From: Callorhinchus milii
Taxonomy: Eukaryota
Direction of reading: 5' to 3'
Length of the DNA stretch: 64,000 nucleotides
NCBI RefSeq assembly: GCF_018977255.1
Contig: NW_024704749.1
Location: forward strand, 17,980,001-18,044,000
Shown piece after piece: positions 42,494-54,830 of this stretch; positions within the stretch are counted from its first letter, which is position 1; each line of letters begins with the position of its first letter. The position numbers and the translations under genes were made by a program. The notes under the pieces were generated by a model, which was not told the DNA's origin, ran no database searches, and worked only from the letters and a program-made list of their open reading frames with translations.

Positions 42494-45400
42494 TTAAATC
42501 CTTCTTCGCCATCCTGAATAATAAATGTATCATTGTGCTTATAAAGTGACCTGTTGATTTTAACGCTCATCGATCTGTAAGAGACCGAGATTCCTCTCTG
42601 TCTTTAGCTGGGGTACCTGCTCCGTGGCGATGCTCTGCTTTAGCGACAGGGGCTGGAGTTGGGGACGGAAGCTTCTCTTCGGGAGCTTTTTCTTCTGGAG
42701 GAAACACAATGGAACAGCACTGTTGATATGTGTAAACGACTACATGCCACGGCAATTTGAACATCTCATATAGACCTACGTATGTGTAAGGAGATTAGAA
42801 ATAGCAGCGATGCACAAAGAGACCCAGATCATAGAATTAAACAGCACAGAAAGGAGGCCATTCGGCCCATCGTGTCTGTGTCGGCTCTTTGAAAAGAGCT
42901 TCCAAATCAATCCCCCTCCCCCGCTCTCTCACCGTAGCCCTGAAAAGTTGTCCTCCCCAAATAATTATCTACTCTCTTAAAAATTGTTATCGAATCGATC
43001 TGAAACATTAACTCAATTTCCTCTCTCCATAAATGCTGCCTGACCCGCTGAGTGTTCCCAGCGACTTCTGTTTTTAATTCAGATTTCCAGCATCTACCAA
43101 TATTTTGCCTCTTACCTGGGGTCTCTGCAGGCACCTCAGCAGCTGGAGGCACCTCAGCAGCTGGAGCCACCTCAGCAGCTGGAGGCACCTCAGCAGCTGG
43201 AGGCTCCTCAGCAGCTGGAGGCTCCTCAGCAGCTGGAGGCACCTCAGCAGCTGGAGGCTCCTCAGCAGCTGGAGGCACCTCAGCAGCTGGAGGCACGTCA
43301 GCAGCTGGAGGCACCTCAGCAGCTGGAAGCTCCTCTGCAGCTGGAGGTTCTTCTGTGACGGCAGCCTCCTTGGCCGCCGCAATGGAAGATTCTGACGGCA
43401 GCACGTTGGCCTCAAAGCTGTTGGGTTTGGTGACGTTCCCATGCGGGCTGTACTGTGCCACCACGAATGCCCCCTTGTTACTGACTGAGTACGCAATCCC
43501 CATCTCTTTGGTTTCCTGCCACACCAGCTGGGTAAAATGCTCTGGTGGGAGCAAGAACAAATAAAACGTTTAACAGGTGTGTGTGTGCGCGCATAAGGGC
43601 ACGGACAAAGAGCTTTCGCCCACAAAATGTGCAGTCAATTTACTTCACGGTATATTCTCTGAAGTGCTTTGAGGCGGCTCAAAGACCTGATGAAGGACTA
43701 TATCAAATGTAAGTATTATTATTATTACAGAGAGTGAAACACATACCTGTAACTTCATTAAGACCAGGTTTTTCAAAGTCATAGTATTTATTTTCAGCAT
43801 ACCAGGCGTCCACGGGCTCATTGCCTGAAATGAAACAATATATTGTCACTTTTCTTAAAGATTCATTCAGAGAATTTCACATCAAAGGATTTGAGACTGT
43901 CACTGTAACATACAGTTGCATTGCACAGGATGCCTGGGAGAATACATTGGCACATCAAGATTGGTGGCACACTGGCTGGGCTGTTGAAGAGTTGTTATCT
44001 ATTTGATCAGACTCCCTGAGGTCTGCTGGGATGAGGAGGAACATGGTCCTCTGCCTACATGCAATGCAATGGTTCACTCCCATTTGCCCCAGGACTTGTG
44101 GTTAACGTAGCTCCCCATTGTGAGATGGTCCAAAATAGTTGTGTCCAGGGACATGAACATTGAGAACACTGGCAAGCTTCTGGCTACTTGATCAGTGAGG
44201 ACCACCCTCACTTGGCTCGCAGCGTTAACAGAAGCTGAATGTGAAGAATCCCAGCTCTCCGAGACTTCAAGGTGGGACCTTGTACTCCTGTAGTGGAGAC
44301 CTTCCTGTGAACAGAAGACAGTTTTCAACATTGGATCCTGGATTATTGATGAACTGCAGAACTTGTTACAATGATTATTTGCGCAGACTGACAATCCATA
44401 ACTCATTTGTGTAATCCGAGAGTCAGGAAGGATATTGTTCTCAAGAATTTAGAATTGCTGCTATGCGTATTAAAGATGTTTTACAATATTTATTTGTGAA
44501 TCAATATTAATGAATCGCTTACCAGCATGAGTGCTCTCCGGTTCCTGATGAGTAGTTTCACTGTGACCTTCTTGGCATAGTCTTTAAATAGCTTTTAACT
44601 GGAGCTCAGTCAAGATGCAAGGATTATTATTACGATATAGGACTAGAAGGCTCCTGTTTAGTCCACTCAGCACTCATCCTATTGAATAGTCGGTACAATG
44701 TCTAAAAATATCCTCGGTGAGTGGGTCGAGGCGAGTAAGCAAATAAGCAATAAATAAGTAAGATCTACTTAGAGTTGAACTGGCCTAAGCAAACCCAAGG
44801 ATTAATTCAATTACTGCTGGTTGTTCACTAGAAAACGATTAATGAATGAGATGTAAAGGTGTAAACGGATTCCCAAAACTACAAGCCAAAGGCCTAACAA
44901 GTATGGTGGCCCGAGGTGGATATTACTAGTATCCTACAGCTACCCTTTGAAATTGCTTCATATCTCTGACTATGTGTAGTTTAGTCTCATTCTATGTGCT
45001 GGATTTCATTCAGCTTTTTGTCCTCTGCACTCTTCAGTCTTCGTCATTTTGGACGCTTTGTCGCCTCTTCACACTTTTCCGTGAACCTCTCAATCGGTAA
45101 AGTTGCTGTTCTTCCAAAACCATAAAGGGGTTGAATCTCAGCACTAAACACATCTACGTAAATTGGAAGAGTAAAGGAACAAACACGGTCATTTTACTTG
45201 TCCATTTGGTTTGAACTGTTAAACCGAGGCCCCATCTGTCTGTCCAGATGGACTTTAAAAATCCCTATTCGTACAGAGAAGAGAGTTTCTCCTCAGTGTT
45301 TTGGTCAACAATTCTTTAGTTAAATTGATCATTCCCTTCGTGGCTTCTCTTGGGACACTGCTGTGTGCAATCTGTCTGCCTGCCTCACCGACAAATACAG

Positions 45401-48400
45401 TCACTACACTGGACTCCAATTCCCTGCAAAGCACTTTGAAACATTTTGAACATTATAGGTACTGTATACATTATTATTAACAAGGAAGATTTTAAAGCTA
45501 TGTTATAAAGGGAGATTCTTAGAATAACACTTTTTTTTGAGTTGAGCACATGATTCATAGCTTTAAAATGAAGAGAGACAAATATAACATCAACGTAAGC
45601 AGGCTGCTTATCTTGGCCTTGGAACAGAGAACTGGCAGTCTCAAGTAAAGAATCAACAAGCATTAGGCAAGACAAGAGACTCATTCTTTTTCACTCAGAA
45701 GCATAGATGTACATAACAGACTTCACTGAAACCAGTTACTGAATCGTTTCAAAAACAATGGGTAAATGTTTTGTTTGGAATAGGATTGAAGACGACAGGG
45801 GTCAATAAGGAAAGAGATAATGCCATGAAACACAATGTTCTCTGTGCGTTTTGGACGATGAAAAGGTCTTCTGTGTGATACACATAATCAGGGACCTCGG
45901 TCTACAAATATACAGTCACCAGTTCACAGTATATCCTGCGAAGCAGTTTGAGACATTTCAATGACGTGATAAGGCGTTATGTCAAATGCAAAGATTACCA
46001 TTAAGTATAAGTGATGGAGCTGTAAGGATTGTACAATATAAAGAGACAAGTGTCAGCTTGGCTCAGTTGAGAGGTACACTCCAGCCATCACACATGTACA
46101 GGAAGGAGGAAGGATAAATGAACAACCCAAAAAATGAGGGAATGACCTACCAGACAACTGATTTTCCTCAGTGATGTCCATTTTGGCCCAAATGTTTTCT
46201 CCATTGTTGGTAGGACTTTGCTCGATGACTCCACCAGGCGCCAGGACATCCGCCCACACCTTGCAATCATTGCTGAGCTCCTTACTGTAAGTGAGCAACG
46301 GTGCATTGTGAAGCTGCCTGTACTTATTGTGAGCCTCCAATGCCTCCAATTCAAACCTAGTCATCTGGGTACCTGCGAGAGAAAACGCAGACCTTTCAGA
46401 ACGATAGCATTTGTCGAAAACACGAACGAGAAGAGCAAGGTGACATCTACAGAGTCCAGACACATGTTTGCCATCCAGTGGTCAGAGCGGAATCTATTAG
46501 GAAGAACATTCCCACCCCAAGCCCCGTGTAAGCTTTGACCTGCCCCTAACTTTCCCACTGGCTATCTATAAACTTTATCTTTAACATGGTTTTGTACCTG
46601 TGATGTCCAGGGGCACATTTTGGTCAGAGAGAGACTCCGAGGTTGATCCCAATATTTCCAAGGGAGTTTTGGTTTCTGACAGCACATTGCTGGCAAAGAC
46701 GCGTGGGTTTTTGCTGTTTCCAGCAGGCCTGTACTGAGCTACCACAAACAAGCCAGCTTCGCCCACCGAATAACTTATTCCCATGTGAGTGGTTTCCTTC
46801 CAAATGAGCTGGGTAAATTTGCCTGATGGGGGAAAAAAAAGCAAATCAATTAGACAACTAATTCTTCTGCAAGTAAGTACCTGCCAGTTTGGCTCATTTG
46901 GTAGCATTCTGGGTCAGAAGCTTATTAGTCCTGCACATAAGAATATAAGGAATGCTCGGCAAAAAAAAGACCAAGGTCCATCTAATTCGCCTTCCACCTT
47001 CCTGACGATCGCATGCACGTATGTCCCGAACTCCCTATGTACTATGTCCCGTAATGTTATTTCCTAAAAGAAAACTATCTAATCTGTGTTTGAAAGAATC
47101 CACACTTCCTGCTCCCTAGGGAGCCTGTTCCACAGATTCACTATTTGCTCAATACGAGCGCTCAGTTTAGCTCAGCGCTTAGCGCGCTCGCCTAGCGAGT
47201 GAGAGGACCCAGGTTTGACTCCCGAGCAGAGCAAAATCTTAGGCAAGTTTCCTTACTTGACACATCTCTGTTTACCTAGCAGTAAGTAGGTAAGTTGCCC
47301 CTGAGGAACCTGCCCCTACTGAACCCGGTTGTTAGTTGATTGAAGGATCACTTTCCGGGGGTAATAATCCGTCAAAAAAAATTGGTCACTCAATTCACAG
47401 CTGTACACAATTGGCTGCCGCGTTTCACCAGCAAAATACACAGTTAATTCACTTTACAATATATTTCTGTGAAGCATCCTGAGACACCTCGACGACGTGA
47501 TTAGGCACTAGATCAGATGCAAGAAGTATTTATCATATCATTTACTAATGATAAGCTTGGACTGCCTACCACTTGGGCATTCCTAGTTTATATTATGCCA
47601 GAAAGCGGTGACACACAAGTCACACTTTCTGTCTCCATTCACAAACAATATGAAAACATACTTGTGAGGCTGCTAAAGCCAGGACTGCTGAAGTCATAGT
47701 CGTTAATTTCTTCATACCAGGAGTCCACCGGCTCCTTGCCTAAAAACAAAGCAACATGTTGATATTCTTTGCATGACACATCAACAAGATGACAGAATAG
47801 GATGGGTACAAGTCACTTTACTTATCAAGCATCAACTCCACAGATAGAAACATATCCAAGTAAATTTTCCACTGGGAAGCGGAAAGATTAATACGATTCC
47901 AACATCCCAGTTGAACAAACAATGAGGGAATTCTGAGGTGAAACAGGACGTGGGTGACAGTTTATTCTAGGAAAGCTATAGGCAGGGGAATCACAAGCGA
48001 AGTGACTGTGATGATGTGTAATAGAGATGCGCAGCGTATCTAGCCAAAGAACATCACAATACAAAATTACATTTGTATAGCGCTTTTCGCATCGGGAGGA
48101 CGTCCCAAGGTGTTGGACATTGGTCAGAGATGGGTACCAGATCGCTTCGACAGAACAATCAATAAGGTCTATCACCAAGATCCCTGGTTCAGAACATGGG
48201 TAAGAGAGCATGGGTGACTGGACCCACATCTCAGAACATAAGTCAAAAGCAAAAATAAAAATAAAAAAAAGCTTTTCACACCTAAAACTTCTGTAGCATT
48301 TGGCTTGAACCAGATATTCTCTCCATTTTTGGAAGCACTATCCTCAATTGTTCCTGTAGCAGCAATGGCGTCTGCCCATGTTTTGCATTGGTCTCTCAAT

Positions 48401-51400
48401 TCCTGATCAAACACAAGCTCCGTTGCTTTGTGAATCTTCCGATAGTCATTGTGAGCAATCAATGCTTCCGTCTCAAATGGAGTCAATTGATACTCTGGGG
48501 AGAAAACGGAGTGAAGCAACAATTATATTGGACTTCAAGGTGAATGTCAAAGGAAAATCCAAAGATCCGGCAATCTGCAAAGACAGCGATAACCAATCAC
48601 TCACCAATACCCAATCACTCACTAATATCCACTCACTCATCAATGAATCACTCAATGTCACCAACTTCCTCACCAATACGCAATCAAACCTGTGTTGCTC
48701 TCTACCCACATGAGTTCCTACCTGAGGGCTCTTGTTCCTTTTCTACAATTTCCTCAGCTGGAGCTGCTTCCTCTGTAGGGGCAGTCTCTTCCACAGGGGC
48801 AACTTCCTCAGGGGCAACTTCCTCTGGGGCAGGTTCCTCTGGGGCAGGTTCCTCAGTTGCGACAGGCTCTTCAACAGGGGCGGGTTCTTCAACGGGGGTG
48901 GGCTCTTCAACAGGGGCGGGCTCTTCAACAGGGGCGGGCTCTTCAACGGGGGTGGGCTCTTCAACAGGGGCGGGCTCTTCAGTGGGTGCGGGCTCTTCCT
49001 CAGGAGGTGGAGCCTCTTCAGCTGGTTCCTCAACAGGGGCGGACTCTTCAGTAGGGGCAGGTTCCTCAGGGGCAACTTCCTCAGTAGGGACGGGCTCTTC
49101 AATAGGGATAGGTTCTTCCTCAGAGGCGGGCTCTTCCTCAGGTGGTGGAGCCTCTTCAGCTGGTTCCTCAACAGGGGCCGGCTCTTCAACAGGGATGGGC
49201 TCTTCAGTGGGGGCTGGGTCCTCAGCTGTGGCTGGTGGAAGCACATTTTCCTCAAAGAACGATGGGTTAGTGATGTTACCAGCAGGGCTGTACTGTGCCA
49301 CTGCAATCGCTACATTTTCATGCACTGCATATGCAATTCCCATTTCGGTGGTGGACTTCCACACCAACTGGGTAAAATGACCTAATGGGAATACATTGAA
49401 CATTTAATGTAAAGCATATTAATGTCCTTTCAGCCACTACACCCCAAAACTCTGGAACACTCTTCCTCAATCCCTTTGCCTCGCCCCATGCTTCCCCATC
49501 TTCAGGTTGCGCCTGAAGACCTTCCTCTTGACCATGCCTACGGTTACCTCCCCTCTCCCCCTGGCTCGGCGTCATGCTCTGCCACTGTCAAGCCATCTGG
49601 GATGCTAACCTGCGTGAGGAGTAACACTGTTGAAGAGGAAGGTCTTCAAGTATGACCTAAAGGTGGGGAAGGGGGTGGGGGAGGGGGGGCAACGTGGCGG
49701 GATAGAGGGAAAGTGTTCCAGAGCTTTGTGTCACTGAAGAGCCAGATAGGTTGTTGGCTATCCATCAACAGTGTCCATCATTATTATGGATCCCCATTTG
49801 AGAACCTGATTAACCACAAGAAGGATATTTCAAAATGTGTTTATCAACTTCAAAATGAGGATCTACTGAGCTCTAAACCCAGAGCCTTGGTACAGAGGAA
49901 CTTAGGAACATAGGAATTGCTCGACATAAAAAGACCAAGGTCCATCCAATTCACCTTCCACCATCCTGGCGATCGTTTGTACATTGGTCTTGATTCCTTG
50001 TTCAACCTATGAAGCCACAATAATGAAGTATTTGTAAGAATTGGTCATCGGAATTATCTGCACCATTCACTTGTTCACAAGAGGGAATTGGATAAAGACC
50101 TTCAGCCCATTTGATCTCAACCTTCCAGAATAACAACCCGACGCTACTCCCATCCTCTCATCACAGAATCAAGCAGTTTCTTTCTTAGGTCCTGTGTCCT
50201 GGCCGCAACGACGCCTCCTGGTAACCCTGTTCCCCATCGTTAATTGTCTTGTTTCGCCCACAAAATATACAATTCAATTTACAATAAATCCTGTGAAGCG
50301 CTTTGAGACGGCTCAAAGATGTGATAAGACGCTACACCAAATGCAAAATTATTAATTATTATTGTTACCCTTCTGGTGTCTGCTGTCCTCCCAATGTGAA
50401 AGGCGCTATACAAATGTAATTTGTTGTTGTTGTTTTGAAATTGCCCTTTGCAACCCCAAAAAATGTGTCCGCTGCTGCCTTGCCTTACATTAAAGTATGA
50501 CGCAATGTGTGCTTCATACTTTCCTTAATTGATCTGTTAATTGATTACTTTTATGTGAAGACGCTTGATATATCCAAGTTATTATGGTGTAATTATCAGG
50601 CCCACACCAACATCATATCACGTGGTCAGAGCTGGACTAATTTCTCCATGTTCACCCATTTGCACAAGAAGGTAAAACACTCACCTGTTTCACTCTTAAA
50701 GCCTGGCTCATTGAAGTTGTAATCTTTGATTTCATTGTACCAGGCATCCACAGCTTCCTTGCCTGAATGAAAACATAATATAATAATAATCCTTGCATTT
50801 GATACAGCACCTTATCATGTCTTCGAGAAATCTCAAAGCGCTTCACAGGATATACTTTTGATTGATTCGTTAATTTAGAACCTGCGTACAATACCAACAA
50901 AACTGCGTGGAGTTATATGTAAGATGAGGTGATGTGCCTAACTCACAATTCAGCTGGAGTTTAATGGATTCCCTCCATTCCCTCCCCGCCCTCCCCACCT
51001 CTGCTGTTATTTCAACAAATCATCTTTCTCACGGTTACCCTGGTTCACACACACATTCTCTCACGCGCACACTGAAATCCAAAGCCACACATAGACACTC
51101 TTACATACTTGCATTCATACAACACACACACACACACAGAATGTGGCTTCATACACACATACAACCACACACTGACCAGTACTGTACACACTGAACGGTA
51201 CTCATATGCACAATCGCTCACAAGCACATTGATGAATGGACTGTGAACATGGACCCGGATGCGTTAAGTCCGTGTGTGAATTTTTAAATTCAATGTAAAA
51301 TCATTTCTCTGCATTCGGTACTCATCAGACTGTGCCCCGAGCAAAGGCTGGAAGAATAAAACACAAACAGTGCAGAGAAAACGACATACCAAAAACTTCT

Positions 51401-52164
51401 CCCAGGTCCGTGGCCCATTTGTACCAGATGTTCTCTCCGTTTTTGGTGGTGCTGTGTTCCATCTTGCCTGCTGGCGCCAGGTAATTTGCCCATTCTTGGC
51501 ATTCCTTGGTTATCTCTTTATTGTATGTGAGCGGTGGTGCTTGATGGATTTTCCTGTAGGAATTGTGAGCCTCCAATGCTTCCAACTCATATTTACTGAG
51601 CTCTGAAGATGCAACAGAAGAGCTTACATTGTTTCTTGGCATTTTAGAGGGTGAGTGCAGAATTATTATTATATAATAATCCTTGCATTTGATATAGCGC
51701 CTTATCACATCATTGGGACGTCTCAACGAGCTTCACAGGATACACTGTAAAGTGCAGTGACTGTGCATTTTGTGGGCGAAACGGGCAGAGAGTTTGCGCA
51801 CTGCAATGTCCCACAAACAGCCGTGAAGTGAGCGATCAATTTTATTGGGGGATTTGTTGGTCAGGACACCGGGAGAAAGAATTTCCCTAATTTTCATCGT
51901 CCATCTGAACAGGCAGACGGGACCTCAGTTGAACATCTCATCCGAAGGATGGCACCTCTAACACTGCAACACCCCACCCAGCACTGCGCTGCACCCCTGG
52001 ACTGTGAGTTCAAAGTCCCGACGTGTAGCTTGAATCTGCAGCCTTTTGACTCAGATGCGAGAGAGCTACCGACTGTAATCCCTTCTTTGGAAGGACAGCA
52101 GCACCCAGAAAGTAATTGATGGCTATTTTCATGATGCATTAGTCATACCGTTATCCTCGCTCAT
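42494..52164 (-). CDS. GLIPR2/GAPR-1-like protein with three tandem CAP (SCP/PR-1) domains and acidic repeat linkers, ~768 aa
   Basis: Coding exons 52164-52149, 51602-51390, 50762-50685, 49381-48722, 48494-48282, 47739-47662, 46822-46598, 46372-46151, 43824-43747, 43541-43116, 42694-42617, 42513-42494. All introns phase 1 GT-AG, total 2307 nt. Motifs AHNxYR, GENIW, VDxWYxE, HFTQLVW and VAQYxPxGN occur three times. First and last exons are less certain (alternative stop at 42567). Confidence 0.82.
43120..43350 (-). repeat. Coding 18-bp tandem repeat (PPAAE[V/E])n
   Basis: About 12 copies of CCTCCAGCTGCTGAGG(T/A)G on the minus strand, after CAP domain 3. Confidence 0.9.
47160..47530 (+). mobile_element. 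tRNA-derived SINE copy
   Basis: TAGCTCAGCGCTTAGCG...GGTTTGACTCCC...GGCAAGTTTCCTTACT, followed by the family tail. Confidence 0.65.
48590..48690. repeat. ~18-bp intronic tandem repeat (AATCACTCACCAATACCC-like)
   Basis: About five imperfect copies. Confidence 0.6.
48750..49230 (-). repeat. Coding Glu/Pro-rich repeat (EEPAP[V/T])n linker
   Basis: 18-bp and 15-bp units such as GAAGAGCCCGCCCCTGTT between CAP1 and CAP2. Confidence 0.9.
51660..52075 (-). mobile_element. Deu-domain SINE
   Basis: Minus strand shows the head, CCATCCTTCGGATGAGATGTTCAACTGAGGTCCCGTCTGCC core and AAGGCGCTATATCAAATGCAAGGATTATT tail. Confidence 0.7.
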
Positions 52165-52824
52165 GTCTGAAAGGCCTCACTCAGTCTTCTGACAACTTGG
52201 ATGTCAAGTGGCACCAAAGGCTGTGTCTGAGAAGCGTTTCTTCTGTTGAAACAAGGAGCGGTCGACACTGCAGAAGGCAGATTTTTTTTTCAGCTAAAAC
52301 AGAAGCTCAGTAAAACCCACGTGTGGGATGGGTGGTCTTAGTTGGGCAACAGGCGGGGAGCGCGACAATGACTATTTGAGATAGTGTGAAGCTGTTTAAA
52401 TTCCAGCAGTTACCCCAACACTCACTCTGGTTGGCCCCAAGTCAAAATGCTTGGGAGAAAGTGCGCATTCCATCCCGGATAACGGGAAATTTCCACGCCT
52501 TTGTGGAGCTCTCAGTTAATTTGGTTTGGAGACTCTTAAGCACAGCCATGGGGGGATTTCAGGTCTCAGTCTCCTCCAGCTGGACAAGGTGAATGGCCAA
52601 ATACTGTTCCTGTCTGCACTATTGATCAGCTGTTGGAAATGTGGCTCCCCCCCACCCCCTCCACCCCCCATTTCAGGTAGTTAAATGTTTCAAAGAACAT
52701 CATGGAGTTGGAGTGCAAACTGCAGCAAAGTGAGAAACAGGGGGTAAAAAGGGAGTCACTGAAGGTGCAATTGGAGACGTGGAACACAGTAAGAGGGGGA
52801 ATCCCTATCATTGTGGTACAGGAG

Positions 52825-53198
52825 GAGAGGGGGAATCAACATCATCCATATACACACAGTGAGAGGGGGAATCAACATCATCCATATACACACAGTGAGA
52901 GGGGGAATCAACATCATCCATATACACACAGTGAGAGGGGGAATCAACATCATCCATATACACACAGTGAGAGGGGGAATCAACATCGTCCATATACACA
53001 CAGTGAGAGGGGGAATCAACATCATCCAAATAGACACACAGTGAGAGGGGGAATCAATATCATTTTGATACACAGTGAGAGGGGGAATCAATATCATTTT
53101 GATACACAGTGAGAGGGGGAATCAATATCATTCCGATACACAGTGAGAGAGGGAATCAATATCATTCCGATACACAGTGAGAGAGGGGATCAATATCA
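52825..53198. repeat. Minisatellite, 36-bp unit GAGAGGGGGAATCAACATCATCCATATACACACAGT
   Basis: About 10-11 copies; later copies shorten to ~34 bp. Confidence 0.92.
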
Positions 53199-53261
53199 TT
53201 CAGTTTCCCATCCACGTGGATGTATGTAACAATGGCTCTTGGGCGCTGGGTATCTGCCCCC

Positions 53262-53353
53262 AGAGCCCCTGACCCTGACCCTGACCCTGAGCCCCAGAGC
53301 CCCTGACCCTGAGCCCCAGACCCTGAGCCCCTGACCCTGAGCCCCTGACCCTC
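53262..53353. repeat. (CCCTGA)n / (GCCCCTGA)n simple repeat
   Basis: Directly visible; resembles the telomere variant TCAGGG. Confidence 0.85.
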
Positions 53354-54509
53354 TGGTGCTTCTAACCTGGCGTCTCACTGATCGGATCAAATCATTCGGG
53401 TACCTATTGTGTCCGATGTCCGACTTCATCAGATCCCCCCCTGTGGGCTCGGGCTGTGCTGTTTGTCGGCTCCGTCCCTCTGCGGTCAGTTGTTGTGGTG
53501 TTGTTTGGCTGTCACTCCCTCGTCACTATCGCTGTCTCTCGCCCGTCACCCCTCACAGTGCCTTGTGCCGCCTGTGTCAACCCCCTCACTGTGCAAAGCC
53601 CCAGTGATGAGCTTCCCACCAGTCTCACTCTCCCCTCACTCTCCCCTCACTCCCTAAGCCAACAGCATCCCTCTTGCTCAGTCCTGTTGGGGATGAGCAT
53701 CACCCTTTCCCCGTCACTCCTCTCTCACTCTCTGCTGCACTTCCTCCCTCCCTCCCAAGTATCTCAACTGGATCTCACTGCCCTCTTGGAACTCCCCATC
53801 ATCAGTGACCCTGCCATCGCCCCCCCCTCCACCGCTCCCCACCCCCACCCCCACCGCCCCCCTGGAAACCCCATCACTCGCTCAGTCCCCGCCATCTCAG
53901 GTCAGTAAAGACACTTTTTAAGAGTCTCCCTCTGTGGTTTTCCTGCCCTCGGCCGCGTCACTCGACCACTTCGGATGACGGCCCGGCTCCCCTCTGCTCT
54001 CGGCGATAAATTGTTATTGGAACGTAGTAAAAATGATCAGTATTAGGATAATGCTCGGGTTTGATGTAGCGCCTGATCGCGGCATCGAGAGACGTCTCAA
54101 AACACTCGCCCGGGATATACGGTAAAGTGGTTGGGTGAACCGCCGTGTTAACCGGTGTCGAGAGAGAGCCGCGGTCAGGGGTACGGTTAACAGCTGGTCC
54201 TCACAGACGGGCTTTACCGTGGGACTCGTCACCACTTCCCACTTTCATTGTAAAGAAACGCGTCAAGAGATTTTGTGCCGGAGGCGAGAGGGTGGTGTAT
54301 ATTTACCAGGATGTCTCTGGGATGACAGGATACCACCATGAGGAAAGGAACTCATATTGGGATTTCCCCCCTGGAGGCGAGAAGGTTGATACCGCGGGTG
54401 AGGCGGCGTTTAGTAATACGGTGAGGCGAGAAAGTGGAACTCATTGCCAGAATCATCAGTTAATTTCTCCTTCTCCCGGTATCCTGGCCAACGGTCCTCC
54501 AGATAACAT

Positions 54510-54830
54510 CGTGGAATCCCGTCGAGTGTCGGTTAGAACGCTAGCCTTGCAATCAAGAGCACCCGGGTTTGCTTCCCGATCGGGGTGAAACCTTACTCCA
54601 CACTCCTCTGTTTACCTGACAGGAAGTAGGATCCTGGTTGTTAGTCGATTGGCAGATCACTTTCCGGGGATAATAATCCCTTAGAAAAAGAATCGGGTCA
54701 CTCAAGCCCACGGCTGTTTGCGGGACGCTGCTGTGCACAATTGGCTGCCGTGCGATGCTCACAAGTATACAGTCAGACAGCTCGATGATGTGATAAGGCG
54801 GGTTATCAAATGCAAGAATTATTATTATCG
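54510..54830 (+). mobile_element. tRNA-derived SINE copy
   Basis: Degenerate head, CCTTACTCCACAC...CTGTTTACC body, and tail TGATAAGGCGGGTTATCAAATGCAAGAATTATT. Confidence 0.6.

Noticed and set aside
43052-49385. Gly/Ser/Ala-rich plus-strand ORFs (43052-43564, 48544-49380) and other-frame repeat ORFs
   Set aside because: Antisense or alternate-frame readings of the coding tandem repeats; the minus frame carries the CAP motifs and splice sites.
52825-53198. 36-bp repeat array resembling CRISPR repeat length
   Set aside because: No unique spacers, eukaryotic context and no cas genes; it is a minisatellite.
53262-53353. Interstitial telomere or fusion site
   Set aside because: Only short variant CCCTGA units with no canonical TTAGGG array.
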